A DNA stretch of 64,000 nt from Azolla caroliniana (taxonomy: Eukaryota > Plantae > Polypodiophyta). The DNA is taken from assembly GCA_043228905.1 (NCBI GenBank), contig JBHGNT010000020.1, positions 744,001 to 808,000 on the forward strand, read 5' to 3'. The translations under genes and the position numbers were made by a program. The notes below the pieces were generated by a model. The model ran no database searches, was not told the origin of the DNA, and worked only from the letters and a program-made list of their open reading frames with translations. Shown one piece after another: positions 39,701 through 49,239 of this stretch; position 1 is the first letter of the stretch, and the number at the start of each line of letters is the position of its first letter.

Positions 39701-40185
39701 TAAGCTTGGATCGTTAGCGACTTCCTTCATCTTTTGTCAGCTATCTTCCGGTAGCGGAACCGCAACTGGCTTGATCTTCTTATCCACCGTTTTATATTTC
39801 GTGTTGATGTCAGCTTCCTTCATCGAGATGCCACGACGGTATTCATCGATGATAGCGTACATGTTGACAGAGTTAACCGAAATCACGCATTGGTTGTGAA
39901 GATTGCTCAAGTCCACGACGTCCTCGATTTCGCCGACGGTGTCGTTAAATGAGGCTTCTTCCATAATATGAGTCACGAACTCCCCTTCTTCTATTATGTT
40001 CTCTTCTTTCAGCATCTTCTCGAATTCTTGTATCTGGTGCTTGTGCTTCTTGTCGGGTAGTACTAGTTTACATGCGCCACTAGGTGTGACACATGTTGCT
40101 TCTCCTTGCAATCCACGTGCTCTTCTTTCTTGTGGGGTCTTGTGATTGCTTGGACTATTTGTGCCCCATGCTTCAATAGTCTGCT
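36702..40185 (-). pseudogene. Pol (RT-RNaseH-IN) of the Trp-primed element, with two stops and one frameshift
   Basis: YSNRWFTVPKKNG, DLYSGYDQF, LPQGATNS, FLDD, VDTS, ADRGEL and YNPEANGKIER. Confidence 0.92.
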
Positions 40186-42390
40186 CTAAAAATCCGAGGA
40201 TTCGCCTCCGAGACTATCTCGATTCCTTTCATGATTGGCTCGCACTGTTAGGAATTGGACCGATCTTTGGTTGTCAAGACTCTTTATTCGTGCGAAGGCT
40301 GCTCCATTATCGAACACTTTGGTCTCCATCCGAGATGATGTGATATAAGGTTGCCCTAGGATGACAGGATGCGACGCCGATTCTTGTACGAAGAAGTGTT
40401 GATCCATCTCCACATCCCCGATCGTGACTTTGACATTGGGACAAGCTCCATACAAGTCCTCCATAGACTTTGTTGCCGCGCGAATCTTCCATCCGTGGTT
40501 TGTATTGATTGGCCATCTTCCCTTTTTGTAGAAGTCGGTTGACATGAGGTTGATCTCCGAGCCGTGGTCGATCAAGGCTACGACGGTCTCTTTCTTCTCC
40601 CCGATCTTCACCGGCGTCTCCGTTGTCGCTCGTGCCCAATGAGGTCGAGTGTAGTGGCTGTCCACCATATCTTCATCGATTTCGTCTCTTGCCATCATTA
40701 TGGCATTCGTTTTTGCTTTCTGCGGCTTCTCTTCTTCCTCGTCCGATTGTTGTCTCTTTCTCTTTACAAGGTCCACTATCGTGTCATGGAACTCCTTCTT
40801 CGTAATGCCAAGCAATTCCCTCAAGGACAAAGTTACGTGGCTATCAAGAACTCGTTCTTCGAGAATCTTCTTTAGGTCCGTCGTCTGCTCTATGTCCGAC
40901 CTTAGCTTATAGGTAGGTATGGTCCTTGTCCTCCGAGCGGGGTCTTCGACACCAACCTTCACGGGCCGAACCGTTTCTTCAACTCGTATGCTCGGCTCCC
41001 CTTTTCGGCTTGATTCTCGTTCTTCCGTTTGTAAAGGTCGACTCGTCTCCGCATCGTCCTTCTTTTTCACGTTCCTTGTTTCATGTCTTTTTGATGGCCC
41101 TTGCTCTTCTATTCTCTTTCTCTTTTCTTCGACGAACACCTCGTGGTTGTCACACATCACCTCTGCGAGTATGGTGTTGTCGTCCACCGGATCCGACCAC
41201 CCGGTTATGCTTTGCACGCTTCGGTCCGCAAGCTCTACCTCGTTCGATGTGATTTTTCCCTTCTTCTCATATTCGAGAACGGAAGTCCAAAACTTTGCTC
41301 CCGCTCTAGCAGCTTCAGTCTTGTCTTTCCCGACTCTTATTCCGGCCGACGCAGCATAGTGCATCGCATCCACATGAGTCGCATCGGCATCCTCCATAGA
41401 TCTCTTCATTCCTCCTCTTCCGAAATTCACCCGTAGGGGTCTTCTAGTCTCGCTTGAGCAGATCATGTTGTCCTCTATGTATACGATATTTTGTCGAATC
41501 GCCTCTCGAAGGCTCGCACAATCCCTTCTCATGTGGTCCATGCTATCGCACCACACGCATCTAAAGGGTTCTTTTCCTTTAGGGCCCCGACGATTCATGT
41601 TGGCTAGAGTGACCTTCTCGAACTTCTTCGCTAGCTCTTCAATGATGTCGTCATCAATCTTCTTTTCTTCCACGTTACTTTGTCTTGGCGGCTCAGCTAC
41701 TTTCGGCGGTCTTGCTTTCTCCGTGGTAGTCGGTCCCGTCAAGTCGGTGTCATCAACCCATTGGCGACGCTTGTCGAGCCTATTGCATGCCCGCTTCACC
41801 GCGATCCAGTCCGCTACGAGCCCATTTGCTTGGGTATCATCTTCGAGAAGAGTCCCCAACTCCCGTCTATCCTTTATGTCCACGGCCTTCAAGAAGTACA
41901 AAGTCTTGTCCTCTTCAAGCAATACTTGGTCCGTATTGGGGAGACGACTAAACATCTGGTCGAATTCGTCGTACACCCTCGAGACGCTCATCTTCTTATT
42001 CTTCTTCTCTATCCACTTCATCAGGGCATGTCGAGTCATCCTCGTTGAGTCTTCAGTCACGAACTCCGCTAGTATCGTTTTCTCGAACTCGGACCATGTT
42101 GTCTTTCCTTCTTGAAGCTCGATGACGCATCTTTGGATGTTGTTGGTGACAACTCTCTTGAAGCTTGCGATTTGACGTGCCTCGGACACGTCCCTTTGAT
42201 TCATCTCCCTCTTATATGCATCAAGGAACTTCGTAACGTTCCTTCCATCAAATTGTCCCTCGAGCTCTACGACACGATCGACAGCCTTCTCCACGCTCGC
42301 GTCGTTGTCCCGAGATCTCATCATTTGCTCGACGATTAGCATCATCCTTTCGAGCTCTCCTACTTGGTTGCTTGAGGACGCCATCTCCAA
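40186..42390 (-). CDS. Gag-protease ORF (734 aa, open)
   Basis: CVWCDSMDHMRRDC knuckle and LIDHGSEINLM...ILGQPY aspartic protease. Confidence 0.88.
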   Translation of the reverse strand: MEMASSSNQVGELERMMLIVEQMMRSRDNDASVEKAVDRVVELEGQFDGRNVTKFLDAYKREMNQRDVSEARQIASFKRVVTNNIQRCVIELQEGKTTWSEFEKTILAEFVTEDSTRMTRHALMKWIEKKNKKMSVSRVYDEFDQMFSRLPNTDQVLLEEDKTLYFLKAVDIKDRRELGTLLEDDTQANGLVADWIAVKRACNRLDKRRQWVDDTDLTGPTTTEKARPPKVAEPPRQSNVEEKKIDDDIIEELAKKFEKVTLANMNRRGPKGKEPFRCVWCDSMDHMRRDCASLREAIRQNIVYIEDNMICSSETRRPLRVNFGRGGMKRSMEDADATHVDAMHYAASAGIRVGKDKTEAARAGAKFWTSVLEYEKKGKITSNEVELADRSVQSITGWSDPVDDNTILAEVMCDNHEVFVEEKRKRIEEQGPSKRHETRNVKKKDDAETSRPLQTEERESSRKGEPSIRVEETVRPVKVGVEDPARRTRTIPTYKLRSDIEQTTDLKKILEERVLDSHVTLSLRELLGITKKEFHDTIVDLVKRKRQQSDEEEEKPQKAKTNAIMMARDEIDEDMVDSHYTRPHWARATTETPVKIGEKKETVVALIDHGSEINLMSTDFYKKGRWPINTNHGWKIRAATKSMEDLYGACPNVKVTIGDVEMDQHFFVQESASHPVILGQPYITSSRMETKVFDNGAAFARIKSLDNQRSVQFLTVRANHERNRDSLGGESSDF

Positions 42391-45342
42391 GTATTAATCT
42401 TGACTTGATCCTTCCTACCGCCTCTTTCACGTCGGGTTCACCACTTAATTATGTCGTGAAGATCCGTCACTACGCGCGGATTGTGAGGCGGAACCGCCGG
42501 GGTTCTGGACCAGAAGGATTTAGAGTCGATACAAGCTTTGGCGAGAAAGTACTTAAGATAGATTGGGAAAGAGAGAAGATGAGATTACACGATTGATTTG
42601 ATAACAAATTTCTTCTTCTTAATTTTCATAAAAAAAAACCGTCCTTTTTCTCCTCCCCCTTCCCTCTTTTATAGATGCTCTCATGCATATGATGCATGTG
42701 AGGGTACAAGACATGCATAAATTGCATGTTTGCCATTTGGCGCTTAAGTATTACATGTGGTGCATGCTAACCATGTCACTCATTTTAGCTCTCATGTATG
42801 AGAATTTACATGTAAAAGTACAATGATAGAAATATAATTTCAACTAAATACCATGGCTTAATGGTAAGCCATTTGACTCCTAACTTGGAGGTGCAAGGTT
42901 CGAATCCATACTTGCCCTCCTTGTATATGAAAATATGTATATATATTTATATATTTATTTTATCTAGTCGCCGGTTCGCTGGATACCGTCGCCGGATGCC
43001 GGTGCCGCCGCCGGATGCCGACGCCGGATACCGGTGCCATCGCCGGTCTGGTTTTGGTTGGCCAAAACCCTTTTTGAGTAGCTAGTCACCTCCACTCTAA
43101 GTTCAAGTTACCTTGAACTCTCTATGCTCCACACATAGACACAAAGATAATATCTTTTGCTCCACCTTATATATGATGAGAGCCGTATTTGTCGTGCCTA
43201 TGTGGGATATCTCACAATTTTCTCTTTTCTTTTCACAAACTTTATACCCTCATATCTTGACATTTAGTTGTCCATTTCTCGTGTAATAAAGTGCATTCGA
43301 AACCTCCATCATTTTGTACTTAGATATTAAAAATGTTATCTTCACAATTATTGTATTACGTGATTCATACTCGATTTCGTACGTTTTATGGGATTTTCAC
43401 ACTATTGCCGAAAATCTTCACGATAGCGGAAACGGCAACAGATGAAACGGTGGCACCAGAAGATAAGTGGCTAACAAATATGCACCAATTTCTGAGCACC
43501 GGATTGCCTCCTGAGGAGATGAACCAGGACGAGAGGAAACGCCTGGCGGTACAAAGCCGACACTTCTGTTTATTACGGGACACGCTATACCACAAAGGTG
43601 CGGACGGTATATGGCGACCAACGGTGCGTAGCGACGACAAAGAGGTAATACTATGGGAAGCACACTGCGGAGTCGCCGGAGGCCATTATGCCGGGGATGC
43701 TACGGCAAGGAAAATATGGCAAAGTGGCTTATGGTGGCCGACTACATTGAAAGACGTAGTCCAGTATGCAAAGGAGTGTGATCTATGCCAGCCAATGGGC
43801 CAGCCAACGGAACAAGCTAGGATGCTGCACCAGCCAATACTACTGCTAGAACCATTTCAAAAATGGGGACTGGATTTTGTCAGACCATTTAAACCACCGG
43901 CAATGAGAACTAGCAACCGGTATGTGATCGTCGCGACGGACTACTGCACTAAATGGGTGGAAGCCAAAGCCCTACGAGACAACACCGCGGTGTCGACGGC
44001 AAAATTCTTATACGAATACATTTGGTGCCGGTACGGATGCCCCATAGAGCTTATAAGTGACCAAGGAGGAAACTTTCTTGGACAGGTAGTGGAGAGCTTG
44101 ACGTCATTCTATGCAGTAGTACATAAACGGAGCACCCCGTGCTACCCACAAGCCAACGGATTAGCGGAGTCAACAAACAAAACGCTACAGAATATCCTAC
44201 GCAAGATCATCAATGGAAATCAGACAGATTGTGACACGAAGCTGCATAGTGCACTCTGGGCTTACCGGACAGCCTACAAAACAAGTATCCAAACCACACC
44301 GTTCCAGTTAGCATTCGGATTAGAGGCAGTCATGCCGGTCGAGTTCCAAGTACCGAGCTTATGGATCCAGATTCGGGAACGACTTAATGAAAAGGAATCA
44401 GAGGCAATTCGGTTAAAGGCTCTGTGTGAACTAGAAGTACACCGACTGGCGAGCATCATGCACCTGGAATTGGAACAACGACGACGGAAAGCGTTTGTAG
44501 ATCGGCACCGAAAAGGAAACGAAAAGATGTTCGAAATCGGCAAGCCGGTACTAGTGTTCCAGACCCGGATGGGTAAAATGCCAGGCAAACTACGGTTTAG
44601 ATGGACTGGACCATACTGGATCACACGCGGGTTCAATGGGTCTTACTAGTTAGGGACACTTGCCGGCGAGGTGCTAGGTAAATGGGTCAACGGATTTAGA
44701 CTAAATCCATACAAAGGACCTATGTCCAAGAACCCATTTGAACGAAGGGCCGACACCGAATCGGACGTTGGCAGGCCAACTAAGACGAGAACCTATGAGG
44801 GAAATGGCTACCACCAAGCTGGTAAAGAGGAGCACAAGCCGACGACCAAGGAGAGCAAAACAACAACAAACCGTCAAGAGGCTGGCAAGGTGCGCGTTTC
44901 GGGTAAGGGTCCAGTAGGACCAGAGGTGAAGTAACCTAATAATCACATAAAAAAATAAAAATAAAAAAAATCGAATGGAATCAAAGAAATCATGGAAAGG
45001 AGTGGTGGGAACGGCCATGCAAACGAGGAGGAAAGAGGCACTTCAAAAAGGTACGAGGAGGCTATGAATAGGACATTAAACCACCGCCACATGGCACGAA
45101 ATGCTATTATAGTACACGACCTACACACGTGTAGGCTCGAAAAAGGCGCCAAGATGCAGAGAGAAAAACCCCCACGCATCGAGACCTTCTCCTTTTGCGA
45201 ACCAAGGAGAACAGACGCAGACAAACGCATGAAGATCAATCGAAGAGAGCTCGTGCACAGAGAACCCCCTCACTCAGAACTTTCTCTCTCACACTCTCTC
45301 CACCGTCAAACCTCGCCAACGCTCTCCGACCTCGACACAGAG

Positions 45343-48300
45343 ATGGATTGCCAAATACTGTCTGAAGCCGCCAAGAAATGGCTACGGCAACACGGATTGG
45401 AGGGTTTCTTGACGATCATGGAGGCGGCGCCACACAAGGAGGCCGAAAAGATTATCAAAGACATTGACACCGAGCTTATCACGGAGGAAGCGATCCGTGC
45501 GTTAACAGGCCTTCCGGAGGGGGGCATCTACATGATCGACAATCCTACCTCCGAGCAGCTCATCAAATATTTCGGTGAGTATTCTCTCGCCAGCAAGGGC
45601 TACAGGACACAGGGCGGCGAAGATATGTTATTCCACGAAATTGCCCGTGTACTCCATGAGTTCGGCCACGTATACCCTCGACCCCCCGTTATGCCTCAGA
45701 ACCGAGCAGGCATGATTATCGCAATGTACGAAGGGGTCAAGGTGGATTGGCCGGTGCTGATCGCCGACGGATTGTGCGCGGCTATTGATACCGTAAGAGG
45801 TAAGGAAGGCAAAGAAGGCTGGAAAATATGGCATGCGGTGACGCAATGGCTCGCCCTATTGGCGCCACCTGTCGAGCCCGTCGAGACCAAGAAACGGGGA
45901 AGAGCAACGGACGGCACCCTGAAACCTGCTTCAAAACGGCAACAGTTGTTGGCCTCCAAGGCTAGTAAGGGGAAGACGGCCGACGCAGAGAAGGCGACAA
46001 AGGAGCACGCCAGTCGGAAGCGGCTGACGGACACGCACGAGGAGACACCGGCACGGCCCCAAAAGAGCCCACTCCACCAACAGGTGCAGTAAGAAACGGA
46101 CATCCTGGCGGCAAGAATGAATGCCAAGACTCAGGAGGAGGAAACGGAGGAAGAGCCTACGGAGCACCTCCAGCGGCGACCGGTGAGGAGGACCGCAGAA
46201 TCAGCCGGGAAGTGTTCGGACCCTCAGAAGGATGGAACGCCTGCAACCCACACTGAGAATCCCACGCCAAGGGAGGCACTGGAACCGGTCATAGAAGTCC
46301 CTGCACAACAGGCAGCACCGGCAAGCCCCGCAACTCAAGAGCCGGTTTTACAAATACCAACCTCCTTAGCCGGCCAAGAACAAGCAGACAAGGAGCAGCC
46401 AACCGAAACACAATCGGAACCTGAATGGCAAAGTGATCAGCAGGCAGAGCCAGAATTGCTGCTCGACGCAGAAAGGCGGGACTAGTCACCGGCAAGTGAA
46501 CCCATCAGCCAACCCGCCGTGCAGACGCAACAACAGGGCACCAGCAGCCAATGGCTCCGGTGAATAGGAGAACAAATTTCCGGAGTAGTCGAATACATAG
46601 AGGCGGAATAACGAGCGCAGATGGAACGGTTGCTCGTCACAACCGATGAACTAGAGACGGCCCGTTCAAGGATCCGGTGCCTCGAACAAGACTTGGATCG
46701 GGTCACAGAAGACATGGCCAAAATGGCCTTAACCGCAACACAAATCCAAGCATCGGTGACTCCGGTGGATGTACATATGAATAAGACCTCGGAGACAGAA
46801 ACTGTCTCAGACAAAGATGTGGCACAAGCCCAAGAGCTTGCCGACTTAAGAGACGAACTTGCCGCACAAGAAGCATTACGGAGCCGCGAACGCGACTTGA
46901 AGAAGGCGGCCGAAGAAGAATTAAAGAAGACTACTGAGAACCTCTGTCGGGCAGAGGAAAATCTGCGTAAAGGACATCAAGCTTACGACCGGCTAAAGGA
47001 GGAAAAAGAGAAATTGTTGTAGGAGAAAGACAAGTTGCGACAGATGGCGGAGACGGAAATTGAAAGGCTGAAGGAAGAACTCCATCAACAGAAGGACCGG
47101 GAGGATCGCGTGCGCCGGTAGATCAACTAGAGGCTGAAGCAGAAGACCGATGATTTTGATCATCTGCACCGGGACTACAAGCAGCTAGAGGCGGAGTATA
47201 AGCAACAGCAAGAAAGGTTGGCCGAGCTCTGGCAAGAAGTTGATAGGGCCACAACAGCACTCGCCGACGAACGAGCTGAGAATTCAAAGCTATTGGAGGA
47301 AGCGACGATGGACCGTATGGAGCTCCACAAGCAAAACCATGAAGAAAACGAAAGAGCGACAATGGTGTTACAGAGGTTGCAAACAACCTATCAAAGTCAA
47401 TTGTCGCATTATAGGGAGCAAGAGGCGGACACGGTCAGAATCATAAAGCAATTGAAAGAGGAGCGACAAGTCGCGGAGAACAAATCGCGGATGGGAACCG
47501 AACGGATCCAGTGCATCCTTCGGGCATGGCTCACCAAGACCGAACGCTTGATTGACGAGAGCTCTGTGCAATGGTGGACGAAATGGGCGCAGAATACGAC
47601 GGAACTCCAATTGCTCAGGGTGGATGTGGAAAACCGGCGGAAGGAAGGTGACGACTGTTATACGCTGACATCGGAGGACTTCACCGCCATAAGGGATGAG
47701 TTGGCCGAAGATTTCACAACCCTGGCGGATGAACAATTGGTGCAGGTTCGGCAACTCATAGCTCAACTGGACGACGATCGGCTGGAGGCTCAAATCTAGT
47801 TTGAGAGCTATGAGCGGTCCCGGCTTCGGGAAGAAAAAGCAAGGAAAGCGGCAACGGTCAACCTTAGTGATTAGGAACTGTCACCGGTACAAGGACCAAA
47901 CGGGGAACAGGCCGGGGTCAGTCAACCAGCAACAACTCCGACGGAGGAAACAACGAAGGAAATGTCGGTGCCAGAGCGACAAACAGAGCAGCAGCCCCAA
48001 ATGGAGAAGGCACAAACGGAGCAGCCACCGCAGCAGCCACAAACGGAACAACATCAGCAGCCACAACAACAACAACAGATTCCCGACGAGCCATTGGAAA
48101 TTCTGGAGCAAAGCATTCTGGACATTTTGGACAAAGAGTAGCAGGGCCGAATAATGGGTTCGATGTACAAGGTACTGTCCCACGGGCGTGCCATGTGTTA
48201 CCCGGCCGACAAAGAAGGCTTAAGGATGTCCAGACCAGAGTGTGAAAGGAATAGTTTATTTGGGAACTGTTGTAATTATTTTATTAATATGGATGGACGG

Positions 48301-48345
48301 ACCGGAATCGGTATGTCGATCCGGATCCGGACCGATTCCGAATAG
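45343..48345 (+). pseudogene. Extra 3' ORF of the Athila-like element (about 1000 codons, coiled-coil, nonsense-interrupted)
   Basis: ORF pieces 44992, 46117, 46621, 47218 and 48154 are all in the same frame and separated only by TAA/TAG/TGA point stops. Confidence 0.75.
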
Positions 48346-48739
48346 GTGCCGGTTGGCACCGTTTTGTACTTCGCACCGGAGACCTATATAAAGGCCCGGT
48401 TACAATGTAATTGACAACGGATAATTAATAGAACTTATTGCCTTAATGCTTCAGTATTGATTACCGTTCTGTGCTTATTGTATATCTTACGCGTGTTAAT
48501 GATGTATTGCTAAGTGACCGATTAAGGTCTAATTAAGCGTTGTGTCGTAAGTCATCCTGTCGTAACACCCTTTGGAGAAGTGTCTTAAGTTTAGGCTATT
48601 GTCCGGCCCTAGGATTAACAACGAGGGGGAAATAAGGACTCTTGACATATATTTTTTCTTTTAAAAAAACATATATGGGAAAATGCCTCGCATATCTCTT
48701 AAATGCATGAAACATTAAACATTCAAGAAGATCAACCTA

Positions 48740-48800
48740 CTTGGTTGACTCAAGTGTTTAATGCATTTGTTCTCGAGGTCTCGAGTTCAAATATGACCAA
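48740..48800 (+). promoter_or_regulatory. Degenerate tRNA/SINE-like A/B-box
   Basis: TGACTCAAGTG ... GAGGTCTCGAGTTCAAAT. The host sequence is unidentified. Confidence 0.35.
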
Positions 48801-49239
48801 GACCATACAACAACGTTGATACATATGACTATAACACATGTTTAGACTTGAGGTCTAAGTGCACTCCGGGGTCCTCGTAATAGGACTTAAAGAGCTGAAA
48901 CCACATATATGTGGGCACAGAAATATAGTTTATTGTTAACATTTTTTTTCGTGTATAAACTACTCATGACGCGAACATACATGGTTGAGCCTCGGGGAGC
49001 CACCATGAAAAAATCAATATAGAGATCAGGGAAAGTCATTAATTTGTCACCCCCATGGTTTTTAAAACACCTTTGTGTTACCATAGTAACCTGATCTTGA
49101 ACCTCATCTCATACGTCTAGAGGGGTATTGACGTGAGATCACGATATCGATTAATGTTTGTCCATGATATGTTTACATCACGACATGATGTTATGACTAT
49201 TTGTCTGACCTTATCCTATTTCTTTGCCAGAAATAATCA

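Larger units (their letters stand above)
35658..43425 (-). mobile_element. Full-length tRNA-Trp-primed non-chromovirus Ty3/Gypsy, nested
   Basis: LTRs 35658-36629 and 42452-43425. 4-bp TSD ACGG/GCGG. PBS TGGTGAACCCGACGTGAA (42443-42426) is complementary to the plant tRNA-Trp 3' end. PPT GGTGGGGGTGGA. Confidence 0.95.
34063..44720 (+). pseudogene. RT-RNaseH (34063-35657) and integrase (43426-44720) of the Athila-like element, split by the nested insertion
   Basis: DAFPLPF, FLDGFSGYNQI, FLDD, VDASD, NYSTTEREAL, HHCC zinc finger, WGLDFV, SDQG and YPQANGLAE. Removing the insert plus one TSD copy restores the reading frame (VTT-ETATDE). Confidence 0.92.
30854..48620 (+). mobile_element. Full-length non-chromovirus Ty3/Gypsy (Athila/OTA-like) with an extra 3' ORF, interrupted by a nested element
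   Basis: LTRs 30854-31290 and 48196-48620 (TGTTA...TAACA). TSD ACAAG/ACGAG. PBS-like TGGCGACCA at about 31298, probably tRNA-Arg. Confidence 0.93.

Noticed and set aside
40919-42115. Long plus-strand ORFs opposite gag
   Set aside because: Antisense shadows of the gag ORF with no recognisable motifs.
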